From NCBI GenBank assembly GCA_964016885.1, contig OZ024740.1, positions 162,440,001 through 162,504,000 of the forward strand: a DNA stretch of 64,000 bases. The letters are read 5' to 3'. The position numbers and the translations under genes are program-made. The notes below the pieces were generated by a model. The model was not told the origin of the DNA, searched no databases, and saw nothing but the letters and a program-made list of their open reading frames with translations. This document shows positions 1 through 12,600 of the stretch, piece by piece; position 1 is the first letter of the stretch, and the number at the start of each line of letters is the position of its first letter. This DNA is from Eledone cirrhosa. Taxonomy: Eukaryota.

Positions 1-2483
1 GTTCGGGGGAAGTGGCGAGTCAGAGATGGTGGCGGACTTCAGTCCCTACCTCGATGGCTTGCCGCAACTCTCGACGGCTGACGCTGGGCGCTGCGAAAGG
101 CCAATTAATTCAGCCGAGATTCAGGATGTCCTTGTCGGCTGCATGAGGCGCAAGTCACCCGGTTTGGATGGTCTGCCCTACGAGCTTTACGTAAATATGC
201 CAGACGTGTTCTCCAATCTTCTCGAAGCCTTCTACTGCAACTGGCAGCAAAACGGGAGTATTCCCAGTTCTGTGAGCCGGGGCGTAGTGACGCTGATAAG
301 GAAAGACGAGGACAAGAGGGACACATTACACAATTTCAGGCTCATAACTCTACTCAACACAGAGTTTAAGATTTTGGCCAGGGTGTTAGCGAAGAGGTTG
401 GCGCTTGTCGTCGGGGATTTGGTTGGGGAGGCGCAAACTTGCGCAATCCCAACCAGGTCCATACACGACAACCTCCACCTAATGCGATACATCATAGAGA
501 GGGTAGGGTGTAAACCTGGCTTCGGTGGGGCTCTGATCAATTTAGATCAATCGAAAGCATTCGATAGGGTCGACCATCGGTACCTGGAGGCTGTCCTCAA
601 GGCGGCTGGCTTCGGCCTCGTCTTCAGAAGCTGGATCGCTGCAATGCACAGCGGCACCTGTTTGATGGTCAAAATTAATGGCCACCTCTCGGAACCGTTT
701 CAGGTTTCCCGATCGGTCCGTCAAGGGTGCCCTCTCTCCTCCCTTCTGTACGTATTGACTCTCGAGCCTTTACTGCGGAAGCTGGAGCTGTTGCAGGACA
801 TCCCGCTCGAACCGGGACGCGGAAAGGCTGTGTCGGCTTATGCGGACGACATCACCGTGATGGTGTCAGACACCTCAGAAATCGAGGTGGTCGGCAACTT
901 ATTGGAGGAATATGAAAGGTTGACGGGAGCAAAATTTAACCCGGAAAAGTCAGTGGGCTTGCAACTCGGCACCTGGAGAAGTAAGTCCATGCCGTCCAAC
1001 AGCGTCGTTAGGCGCTGGACGGACGGACCGGTAAAGTGGCTAGGGGTTTGGTTCGGGCCAGACCTCCAGGTGGATAAGAATTGGGACGAGGTGACGGCAG
1101 GGTAGTCAGTCTCACCCAGAAATGGGCTGGGATGAAGCTATCACTGAAAGGTCGGGCGGAGGTGGCCAATGCGTACATCGCGTCCGTCATCTACTACCGT
1201 CTGACTGTCGTCCCTTGCCCCTGTTCGCGCCTCGCCATCTTGGAGCGGCTCCTCTTCAAATTCTTGTGGAGGTGTCAGGTTCCGCTGGTGAGGCGGTCCA
1301 TCTGCTGCCAGCACCCTCTACGTGGAGGGCTGGGCATGCCGTGGCTAATGATGCGCAGGCACGCGCTGAGGCTGCGGCATCTCCAGATATTCTGCTTAAA
1401 CGGTGAACAGGTGAGGTCGCCGTTTGTCAGACGGGCCTATCCGCAGCTCGTTTCTTTGACTGAGTTGCAGTCCTGGGTCAAGAAGAGACTGAGACTGGGT
1501 GACTGGCATCTGGAATGTTGCCAGGCACTCACTGCCCTCTACCAGGCGGGTAATGCGGTCAGTGGAACTTCCACTCTCGAGTTCTATAGAGGATTAGTGG
1601 TGGGCAAGTGCGACGACGCACTCTGAGAGGCTCTGGGAGTCAACGAAGTCGAACTAACCAGTCTGTACCGGAGGACTTTCGAGCCGGGGACGATGGATAA
1701 TTTCCAAAAATCCGTCGCTTGGCAGTGCTACCGGGGTGCACTGCCGGTTCGAGATAAACTCTACAGGCACGGAAGTGCTGTCAGACGGACCTGCCCGAGA
1801 TGCGCGCAGAATGACGAAACCGTTCTGCACGCACTCGTCCAGTGTCCGTGCATTACTGACTTGTGGAGTTATGTTGAACATCTGTTGTCGCGTATAGAAC
1901 GGATCCGGCTATCGGCCGAGTCCATAATGAAGATCGATCCGCCGCCTTCTTTTGGCCAGGAAGGGCAGGCAATTTTCCTCTGTCTGGTGGCAGTAGCGAA
2001 AGAGGTTGTATGGTGGACGAGGTTGAAAGGACTGAAGACAGACACTTTTCTCTTCGGCCAATCCCTCATCAACTTCTTCAAGTTTCACTTGGAAAGGAAG
2101 GTGAGGGTGGAGAGAGAAGTGCTGCCCCCCCAGTACATTTGCTGAAAGGTGGGTGAATGTGGCGAGAATGGCCCGTGTGAGTGGGCCTACTCTGGTCATG
2201 CGGCTGTAGGTAGGTAAATTTGAGGAGGAGAGGGGTGCTCTTCTAGGGTGCTCTCGAAGCGTCGGGTCGTTCAGGACTGGTGGGGTACCTGAGCGAACCC
2301 TAGGTGGTCATCCCCCCTATTGGGGAATTTTTTCTTGTAATTTTCTTGTTACTTTATTGTTACTTTGTTTTTGTTACTTTGTTATTGTTATTCATATTGT
2401 TTACTCGATTTTTCTGTAAAACCCCACTGTCCCAGTCTTTTGTATTGTCCCCTATATGTCGGCCCTTGTGGCCAATAAATGAA
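1..2483 (+). mobile_element. Tx1/L1-clade LINE copy A (3' part; begins before window), frameshifted ORF2
   Basis: ORFs 26-1105, 1081-1626 and 1693-2145 carry RT motifs (KSPGLDGL, DQSKAFDRV, VRQGCPLS, AYADD) and a C-terminal CPRC..ETVLHALVQC knuckle. The T-rich 3'UTR has AATAAA (~2474) followed by (ATT)n. Confidence 0.93.
26..2208 (+). pseudogene. Disrupted reverse transcriptase ORF2 of Tx1 copy A
   Basis: Frameshift near 1095, in-frame TGA at 1624-1626, frameshift near 2135. Confidence 0.88.
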
Positions 2484-2484
2484 A

Positions 2485-2486
<2 letters not shown>

Positions 2487-2546
<60 letters not shown>
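2487..2546. repeat. (ATT)n microsatellite shared by Tx1-A 3' end and Dong-like-A 3' end
   Basis: About 20 ATT units seen directly between the two 3'UTRs. Confidence 0.97.
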
Positions 2547-2547
<1 letters not shown>

Positions 2548-5008
2548 TTTGAGTCTCAGTCATTGATGTTAGTTAACTGGAAAGTTTGTTGAAATGAATA
2601 TCAAGCCACTACCTGCAGCCTCAGATATTCAGGACGTATCGGAGGGTTCTTGCTGTTCCCAGCAAGCATGCCTTTTGAAGTGTTCCAAAAAGCGGGGCGG
2701 GACCAATTTTCTTTAACCATCCTTGGAAAATCTTTGAGATAGTACCTAGTGCGCCTATGACAATCGGGTCCACTTTGACCTCATGGCAGCTCCAAATCCT
2801 TTTTACCTCCCACTTTAAGTCCTGGTATCGGTTAATTTTCTCCCTCTCCTTCTCTTGCACTCTCGTGTCGAATGGGCAGGCTACATCCACAATCAGGCAC
2901 GATATTTTTCCCTTGTCCAAAACCACCAGGTCAGGTCTATTGTATTTCAGTTTCTTGTCCGTCTGTATCCTAAAATCCCACAGCACCTTCACCTGATCGT
3001 TTTCTATCACCGACTCTGTCTTATGCTCATACCACTTCTCAGAATGTGGTAAATTGTTTACTTTGCATAGGTGCCAGTGGATCACCCTGCCCATCACATC
3101 ATGTCTCCAGCCTTTATAGTGAGTCTGGGCTAGGTGTTTACACTCGGATACAATGTGAGCCACAGTCTCCTCTCTCTCTCCACAGATCCTACACAGTGGG
3201 CTAGCCTCCTTCTTGTAAATATGGTGTTTCAGCCACATCGTTTTGAGAGCCTACTCTTGCGCAGCCATTAGCATTCCTTCTGTAGCCTTTTTAAGGTCTC
3301 CTCTTTTCAACCAGTTCCATGTCTGTGGATCTCTAAATTCAGTTTTCTCAAAGAAGGTACTATGAAGGGATTTTTCATGAAGGTTGCTCTTCTCCTTGTT
3401 GTTATTTCCTCCTTGGACATCCCCTGGTCTATTGTCCTCTCCTTCAGTACAATTCTGAGCATTGGCTCCTTACTATCAGTCACGTATTTGTGTACGTTGT
3501 TTTTCTCCATCTGAACACAGTCCTCTATGCTGATAAGACCTCTTCCACCTTCAGGTCTCCTTAAGTAGAGTCTATCGACATCATTCCTCTTGTGGAACAT
3601 GTTGTAGATAGTCAATAGCTTCCTAGTCTTCCTATCCATTTCTTTTTGTTCAGCAACATTCCATCTCAAAATTCCCGCACTGTATCTAATAATAGACACA
3701 GCTCGGGAATTTACTGCACTTATGGCATTCCTACTGTTCAGATGTGACTTTAATACGCTCCTTACTCTCCGAACGTATTTAGATCTTATCAATTCCTTCA
3801 TTTTTTTGTTCTTGATGTCATCAGCCTCCAGAACACCTAAATATTTGTATCCTTCTTCAGTGTCAATTTCCTTTATCATCTCACCTGTTGGTACCTGGAT
3901 TCCGTTGCTTCTGCTCAATTTACTCCTCTTCACCACAAGGACTCCACACTTACTAATGCCAAATTGCATACATATATCATTGCTGAAAATACGGACAGTG
4001 TCAACAAGCGCATCCAACTCCCTCTCACTCTTCCCGAAGAGCTTAAGATGAAGAGGGGGTGATTGATGGTAAGCTCTCCCTTTCCCAACTTGTATCCTGC
4101 TCTCACTTTTCGCAGTATAATGGTCAGGGGGATCAGGGCAAGGACAAACAGCAGAGGGGACAAACTATCACCCTGGAAGATTCCTCTCTTGATCCTCACG
4201 CCCCACCCCACCCCCAAGGATTCTCCGTCCGATGTTAACTCTGTTTTCCAGGACTTCATACTTTTGCTCAACAACTGTCTGATGTTATCTGCCACCCTGA
4301 AGATCTCTAGGCTTTTGGTTATCCAAGAATGAGGTACCATGTCGAATGCCTTTTTGTAGTCTGTCCATCCCATGGCAAGACCAGTGTGTCTCCTCCTGCA
4401 ATTCCTCATTACCATCTTATCAATAAGTAACTGGTTCTTTGTACCACGGGACTTCTTTCGGCATCCTTTCTGTTCGTTCGGTAACAAGTTGTTTATGTGG
4501 AGGTGATGGTAGATTTCCTCAGACACAATGCTTGTTAACAGTTTCCACATTACGGACAACATGTGATAGGTCTATAGTTGGTAACATCATTACCCTTGTT
4601 TCGGTCTTTCATTACCAGAACTGTTGTACCTTTTGTCAACCACTCTGGTACTTCATCCGACATCGAGCAGTCATTGAACATGGCTGTCAGTTTCGGGTGG
4701 AGGGATGTTATATTAAAAACAAATAACGAAACGAAATTAAATTTCGTTTCGCTTCTAACTCACTTTTGTATGACTGACGCTTAAACAATTAAGTTAAAAG
4801 TGTACATCTACATATGTATACGGAAATATTAATACGCATATAAATACACACATGTATACATATGTACATGTACTGAGTTTTTCACTGGACACTTTACTGT
4901 GAGTGTCCAGCTAGTCTGTATGTAACCAAACAGACAAACCGGGTTTTAGAGTCATACGGGTTTTCAAGGAAACACATTTCCTCTATTCTCCAGAGAGCCA
5001 GACAGGAA

Positions 5009-5049
5009 TATTGGACTAGTTTCGATGTTATTACATCTCATCAGCAATA
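5009..5049 (-). ncRNA. Minimal type I hammerhead ribozyme (unit 1)
   Basis: Minus strand reads TATTG-CTGATGA-GATGT aata ACATC-GAA-ACTAGT-C-CAATA: canonical core, 5-bp stems I and II, palindromic stem III, GUC cleavage triplet. Confidence 0.88.
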
Positions 5050-5479
5050 ATGACCCATCTTCCGGCTTCTCTAGAGAATCGTAAAAGCACATATCGTTAT
5101 ATGCTTTTTCTATGAAAATTAGTAGTGGGCAGACTAATTTGCATAGAACGTGAGTCATTGTACGCACCGGTTCAGCGGAAACGATAAAAACAAATAACGA
5201 AACGAAATTAAATTTCGTTTCGCTTCTAACTCACTTTTGTATGACTGACGCTTAAACAATTAAGTTAAAAGTGTACATCTACATATGTATACGGAAATAT
5301 TAATATGCATATAAATACACACATGTATACATATGTACATGTACTGAGTTTTTCACTGGACACTTTACTGTGAGTGTCCAGCTAGTCTGTATGTAACCAA
5401 ACAGACAAACCGGGTTATAGAGTCATACGGGTTTTCAAGGAAACACATTTCCTCTATTCTCCAGAGAGCCAGACAGGAA

Positions 5480-5520
5480 TATTGGACTAGTTTCGATGTT
5501 ATTACATCTCATCAGCAATA
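5480..5520 (-). ncRNA. Minimal type I hammerhead ribozyme (unit 2)
   Basis: Identical to 5009-5049, exactly 471 bp away. Confidence 0.88.
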
Positions 5521-7187
5521 ATGACCCATCTTCCGGCTTCTCTAGAGAATCGTAAAAGCACATATCGTTATATGCTTTTTCTATGAAAATTAATAGTGGG
5601 CAGACTAATTTGCATAGAACGTGAGTCATTGTACGCACCGGTTCAGCGGAAACGATAAAAACAAATAACGAAACGAAATTAAATTTCGTTTCGCTTCTAA
5701 CTCACTTTTGTATGACTGACGCTTAAACAATTAAGTTAAAAGTGTACATCTACATATGTATACGGAAATATTAATATGCATATAAATACACACATGTATA
5801 CATATGTACATGTACTGAGTTTTTCACTGGACACTTTACTGTGAGTGTCCAGCTAGTCTGTATGTAACCAAACCTTTTAACTGGATGTTATATTGTTAAT
5901 CCAATACCCCTGCACACCATCTGGGCCTGGTGATTTCCAGTTGGTTAGTTTTCTGGCCTGCCCCTTAAGAGTTTCAACTGTGATACTCAAATCAGTCTGT
6001 TGGTGTGCCTGTTCACTAATCTACTTTTGTACTGTCTCAATCCACACTGCCTGATCATTATGTTCAACATCCTGCTCCCATATTCCTCTCCAGAATGTCT
6101 TAGTCTGTTCCGCCTCAGGGATCAAGTCGTTGCCTCTTTCTTTCCCTCAAGATGTCCAAACAACATCTTCTGGTTGTTGTCAAATATACGGTTCTGTCTA
6201 TACTGACTGTTCTCATACCGTCTAATCTTTGCACTTTTTGCTACAATGCGTTGCTTCAGTTCCTCTATGATAATATTTAGCTTTTTCCCCCTAGTTTGTT
6301 GTTTCCTCTCGCTTTTATGCCAAGTAATTTCCTCACCGCATTTGCTGTTGCTTTGAGGATATTGTTGCATTGGTGAAGGTTCCTCGCCTCAAGGTATGGG
6401 ATGACTTTGTTTACCTTAGCTGTTGTTTCTTTTAACTTTTTCCTGTCTACAAATCTTAGGTTCATAGGTTTTCCACTATCATTGTTCATTTCATCTACCA
6501 GTAAGTTCAGGATATCAACTAAATCTTGTCCTAGCTCGTCAGCATTCATTTCCTCAATGGCCGTATCTTTGTTCCAGGTGTTATTTATTTCAGCATTCAG
6601 ATCATTGTCTGCTTCGGATGTTTCCTCCGTTTTCTCAACCTCTTCACCTTCATTTCCCACTGGCTCGTTTGCCTGGCATACTCCACTCTCCATTTCCAAC
6701 TTAATCTCTCTGCTCAGTTCCTCCAGTTCCAACTCGCTTATTCATCCTTTAGTTCTTATTACCCGAGCCTGCTCGGCCAATTTTTGTTCATCTAATTTAA
6801 ATAGACCAATCTCGTTCCAAATGTTATGCATCCGTTTCCTATAGCCTTTTTCCATGGGGTTACTCTTCAGGTAACATTTCATGACAGTTCTATTCAATTC
6901 TTTCGTCCAGTTGGTTCTTGTCCCTTTCCTTCTTCTTCCTCCAACATCAGCAATATTTGGATGACAGCCAGGTCCCTGCTGCTGGGCCAGGGAGCACTTG
7001 GTGGGTGAGAGTCTTTCACATGACGTTCCAGTCTCCTCTTCATCATTATTCGAACTGTTTAGGTTCGACATTTAAACACTCATATCGAGGATTGGTAAAT
7101 GTATGGTTACATAACCACCGGTGATTTTAGCGTGGCACTATCACGCTGTAGACGAACATAAGATTATTATTATTATTATTATTATGA

Positions 7188-7402
7188 CGGCGGTGGATTG
7201 GCAGTATGAGTAGAGGGTCGTACGCCATGCTTTGCAGCATAGAGTTACGGTCCTTTACAGTCTGAGTTCAAATCCCGCCGATGTTAACTTTGCCTTTCAT
7301 CTTTACGGGGTCGATAAAATAAAGCACCAGTAACGTACTGGGGTCGATTTAATCGATTTACCACTCCCCCAAAATCGTTGGCCTTGTGCCTATAAAAGAA
7401 AC

Positions 7403-7457
<55 letters not shown>
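7188..7457 (+). mobile_element. tRNA-derived SINE (main family) with (ATT)n tail
   Basis: A-box-like TGGCAGTATGAG, B-box GAGTTCAAATCC, core GCCTTTCATC..GGGGTCGATAAAATAAAG, end GGCCTTGTGCC plus ATT tail. More than 15 homologous copies occur in the window. Confidence 0.85.
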
Positions 7458-7671
7458 GGCGACCTACGTAGTAAATCGTATCATCGTGAGCTCCGCAAAG
7501 ATTTGTTATTTTCAGTTGTTTAAAATTGCCATTTATGGACAATTTTTATTGTTAACTGTATATAAGTGCACATACATTGTTATCTGAATAGGACACCCAA
7601 AAAGATTGGGGCCTTGAGCCCAAAACTTCAGCTTTTATAATTATCAAACAAAAATTTTTCTTTGAAAAATC

Positions 7672-9574
7672 ATGGACGACTCAGGGTCACACCTTCCTCA
7701 CAAACTAATACCTCACACCGACACCACCATTGTAAATATTACTACGTTTGCCAACACTAAACATATAAGCAGTAGCAATATTTTTAATTTGTCTCAGGCA
7801 GACATTCATTTCCCGCCATTACCAATGACTGCAGGTGTTAAAGCCGCCACCCCAACGACAACAGAAACAAAAGAAAAAAAAATTAACTCGTGATATCGAA
7901 ATGAATTCAACCAAAATGAACTCTTCCACACCGAACACCACTGACGCCACCACCACCACAACTGAAACTAAAATTAACAATAACAAAAATAACGATAATA
8001 CAGCAACAATGAAATTAAGAAAACCACCCTGAGTTTTGCCAGAGTAGCAAAACAGTGCGAAGCATTCCAGGTAACTCAGGAGGAATTAGAAGAAGCCAAA
8101 AAAATGGTAAAGAAAGATGGGTACAGGGTCAGCCTCATCCCCCTCTAATAAAATGGAGCATCGGCGCCTATACACCGTGTCTTATCGGACGATTAACATA
8201 AAATCGCGCCGAGTGGAACGGGCATCCGAGTCCCAAATCCAAAAAGCTTTGGGACATGTGTGGGCAAAAAAACCCCACATCAGACGTGGGCAGAAATATG
8301 GAACCGTGGACGTGTTCTTTGAAACACCACAGGAGGCCAGAGAACACTCCATGGCCCCATTAAGAAGTGACGACTTCACACTCGTCCCAAGCTATTGTGG
8401 CCAGAGACTCATGAAGATCAGGGTGACCCACGTTCCACCGGCCATCGAAAATCCCTGGCTAATAGCTGCCGTCCTCGCCGGCATCGAAGCCAACACCAAG
8501 ATAATCGAAATAGCGAAAGAAAAGCAGAAGAACTGGTCCGGATCTAGGATGGAGCTCCTGATCCAAGCGGACCAAAAAAGCATTGAGGAGATCCCAGAGG
8601 TAATAGACCTCACTGACGGCAGCCACCTCACCGTAATCGTCGAGGGCAGAAGGCCTAGGTGTGTCGTTTGTGGTGAATGAACCCACCTAAGGGCTTTCTA
8701 CCCTCAGGCTAAAAGGTTGAGGCCACCTCTCTTACCCACCCCAGTGACTCAACCATCAACACCACCAGCAGCAGAGATGGCAGCAACAACTGTAGCAGCA
8801 ACAACAGAAGCAGCTGTAACAGCAACAACCCAGGCAACAGTAGCAAAACCAACACCACCACCACCCAACGCGCCAGAACTAGCACCAGCGCCTACACCAT
8901 CCACCACGCCACAACCAAAACCAACGCCTGTGGAGGATTTTCCACTCCCCGGCTTATCGCAACAGGAGACAGATTGTGACGACGAGGAGTGGGAAACGGT
9001 ATCAGGAAAAAAGAAAAAAAGAAACCAAAAAAGAAAAAATTATTCTCTTCCCTCTCCCTCCAAAAACAAAATACAGAGGGAAACAAATAAACTATCAAAC
9101 AAAAAAGTTAGGACAGATATGCCACCATCCACACCAGCATCACCAACCCCATCACCGCAAACACCAACACCATCATTAACCCCAACACCATCATCACCAA
9201 CACCACAAAAGTCACCAAAAAGCGAAACAGAAACAAACTCACAACAAACGCAAAAAAAACAACCAACCAAAACGATACACACGACACAGCATTAAATTTG
9301 AACAACAACCAATTATTACACTACATCCAACACAACACCAGCATCACAGAAAAAGACTACACAACAACCCAAAAGTTCACACCACTTCCACACATACAAA
9401 TCACTCGCATCACACAGAAAAAGGAAGACGACACTAAAACAAAAATTCCCCAAAGACATTGGAGACTTCCGACAAGCACTCTCCAGGAGGATTTATAAGG
9501 ACATCCTTCCTGAAGAGGTCACAAGCAGTGAAAAGGATGGAGAAACCGTCCTTCCTCTACGAGAAGTAAGGTAA
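7672..9574 (+). pseudogene. Tx1 ORF1 (zinc knuckle plus Pro/Thr-rich region), disrupted
   Basis: ORFs 7672-7893, 8117-8680 (VIVEGRRPRCVVCGE*THL knuckle) and 8717-9295 (low complexity, WETVSGKKKKR). Confidence 0.72.
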
Positions 9575-9608
9575 GTGGCCTTTCCCATCTTTTCCACTCC
9601 ATTTCAAC

Positions 9609-12600
9609 ATGACCTCACTCAGAATAGGCAGCATAAATGCGCGTGGCTTGGGGTCGTCATGGAAGCTAGGGCCACCTGCTCAACGACCTCAGGTCACTAA
9701 ACATTGATGTAGTGGCCATCAGCGAAACCAGATTCTTCGAAGCACGGGCCTTCGCACCGATCTTCGGCGGCTACGATGTGTACGCATCTCCCAGCCGTCC
9801 TGGATCGGGGGGAGGAGTTGCTGTGCTTTTTCGGAGAGGTTTGGATCTCGCCATACGGGCCATATTCCTGGACCCAGAAGGTAAGTGGGTGGTGCTGGAC
9901 GTGACCAGCGGAGACGGGAAAGCTTTCAGGCTAGTGGCCGTCTGTGCCCTTACAGGAGCAGGGCGGCCTGATTTCTTCCGGCGTCTGGAGACCTTTCTTG
10001 GAACGTCCCGCTCTTTAGTGTTAGTGGGCGACTGGAACGGGATCTTAGATGCACGCTGAGACTGTGTGGGATTAGTGGATAGGGAAGGAGGGTGCAAGAG
10101 TCTCACCAACCTGCTCAGACGTTTTGAACTGTCTGACAGGTACCGAATGGATTTCCCGAATGTACCAATGTGGACTTGGACAAATCGCATAGGGTCATCC
10201 AGATCATATCTAGATAGAGTATTTTGTAGGGAAATAGATAGGTCTAGCATAGGCTGTCCACAATTCAAGATAGTCAGCTACTCGGACCACAAATTCGTGA
10301 TCTGTGTGCTTGACTTAGATAGGCTTCATAGACGAGGACCCGGCTACTGGAAGCTAAACGCGTCTTTACCAGCGCGCAAGGCCTACAGAGACCGGATTAG
10401 CGAACTAGTTAAGCGGGCGTTGACTGGGGCCATCGTCAACAACAAGTGGTGGTTTGCTCTGAAAAGAGCGATTAGAATAGAGTCCATTAGGTTTAGTAAG
10501 GCTTTAGCAATAGAGAAAAATAGAGCAGAGGGAAAATTAGTTAGAAAATTAGACGAGGCGCTTAGCAAAGGCATCGCGACCGACGTACTTGCGGCGAAAT
10601 TGGCCCTTGACCAATTCTTCAATGCAAAGCACGAAGGCTGCGTTGCCAGAGCTAGGGTGCGTCCTCTCAGACTCGAGGGGACGAAAGCCGTTCAATGGGC
10701 CCGAGTGGCGGAGGCGCGTCATGGCAACAAAGCCACGATCCGGTCTTTGGTGGACCACGACGAGCGCATGCTACTCGATCCCGGGCAAATGTGTGAAGCT
10801 TTCCAGCGACACTTCACACAGCTGTTCGGGGGAAGCGGTGGGCCGGATCGAGGGATGGACTTTAGTGTCTACCTCGACGGACTGCCGCGGCTCTCGGCCA
10901 CTGAGGCGGAGTGTTGCGAAAAGCCGATAACAGCTCTGAAGTACGGGAGGAAATGACTGGCTGCACAAGGGCTAAATCGCCTGGTTTGGATGGTCTGCCC
11001 TATGAACTTTACGTACAGATGCCAGACTTGTTCGGAGGCCTCTTGGCGGACGTCTACTGCAACTGGCAACAGAACGGGAGAATTCTCAGCTCCGTGAGCG
11101 CTGCTGAGAAAGGATCCGAACAAGGGGGATAACATAGATAATTTCAGGTCCATAGCTCTGCTAAACACAGAGTTCAAGATTTTGGCCAAGGTGCTAGTAA
11201 AGGGGTTGACGCTTGTCGTTGGTGGTCTGGTGGGAGAAGCGCATACATGCGCCATTCCCGACAGATCCATCCACGACAACCTCCACCTCATGCGATACAT
11301 CGTAGAGAGGGTAGCTAGGTAGCTAGGGAACCTGGCACGGGTGGGTCCTTGATCAATTTAGATCAGTCGAAAGCTTTCGATAGGGTCGACCATCGTTACC
11401 TGGCGGCAGTCCTGAGGGCGGCTGGCTTTGGGCCCGTCTTCAGAGGCTGGATCGCTTCCATACACAGCGACATCTGCTCTGTGGTGAGAGTGAACGGTCA
11501 CCTTTTGGAACCGTTCAACATCATGCGCTCGGTCCACCAAGGATGTCCCTCTCGTCCCTCTTGTACGTATTGACTCTCGAGCCATTACAGCACAAACTGG
11601 AGACGTTGCGGGGAGGGGTCCAGCGCGAACTAGGATGAGGAAGATCCGTGTCAGCATATGCGGACGATGTCACCGTAGAGGTGTCGACCGCCAAACACAT
11701 CGAGGCGATCGGCACTACACTAAGAGAATACGAAGCGGTGACAGGAGCAATGATCAACCAGGAAAAGTCAGTGGGCCTGCAGCTCGGCACCTGGAGAGGC
11801 AGGTCCATGCCGTCCAACAGCGTCGTCGGGCGCTGGACGGACGGACCGGTTAAGGGGTCTGGTTCGTTCCGGACCTCCAGACGGACAAAAACTGGGACGA
11901 GGTGACGAGCAGGGTGGCTTCTCTCACCCAGAAATGGGCCGAGAGGAAGCTATCCCTGAAAGGTCGAGCGGAGGTGGCTAACGCGTACATCGCGTCCGTC
12001 ATCTACTACCGCCTGACCGTCGTACCTTGTCCTAAGCCCCGCCTGACTGCGCTGGAGTGTTTGCTCTTTCGCTTTTTGTGGAAGGGACGCGCTCCGATGG
12101 TCAGGCGGTCCATCTGCTGTCAACACCCGCTACGTGGAGGGCTGGGAATGCCGTGGCTGATGATGCGCAGACACGCGCTCAGGCTACGACATCTCCACCT
12201 CTTCCTCGACGGTGATCAGGTGTGGTCTCCGTTTGCTAGACGCGTCTTTCCCCAGCTCGTCTCCTTGACGGAGCTGCAGTCCTGGGTCAAGCGAAGACCG
12301 AGAGGGAACGCTTGGAGACTAGAATGTCTTCAGGCGCTCACAGCCCTCGACCAATCGGGCAATGTGATCGGTGGAAACTCCACCTTGGCGTTCTATAGAG
12401 GATTAGTGGAGGGGAAGAGCGACGACGTACTTGGGGAAACTCTAGGCGTCGACGAAAATCAACTAGCCAATCTCTTCGGAAGAACTTTCGGGCCGGGGCC
12501 TATGAACAACTTCCAGAAATCCCTGGCCTGGCAGTGCTACCGAGGAGCTTTGCCAGTTCGTGATAAACTCTACAGGCATGGAGCTGCCATCAGCCGGGTA

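Larger units (their letters stand above)
4715..5882 (-). mobile_element. 471-bp tandem insertion (~2.5 units) carrying hammerhead ribozymes; retrozyme-like element with 12-bp TSD
   Basis: Units start at 4715, 5186 and 5657. GGATGTTATATT flanks the insert at 4703-4714 and 5883-5894. Removing the insert and one TSD restores the RT peptide WKSPGPDGVQGYWINNITSLHPKL. Confidence 0.88.
2547..7162 (-). mobile_element. R4/Dong-like RLE non-LTR retrotransposon, family A, apparently full length, decayed and interrupted
   Basis: Minus-strand ORF pieces give an N-terminus (MSNLN..WTKELNRTVMKCY), RT ([35 protein letters not shown]), CCHC (CRICGEREETVAHIVSEC) and RLE nuclease (RPDLVV..VDVACP..KINRY). (TAA)n flanks both ends, as established for Dong elements. 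Confidence 0.9.

Noticed and set aside
4964-5638. Duplicated 67-aa ORFs as a real gene
   Set aside because: They have a non-ATG start, no recognisable domain, and overlap the ribozyme. They are a by-product of the tandem repeat.
7080-7162. HDV-like ribozyme at the Dong 5' end
   Set aside because: Only two simple hairpins (AGCGTG/CACGCT, TGGTTA/TAACCA) are visible, with no nested double pseudoknot.
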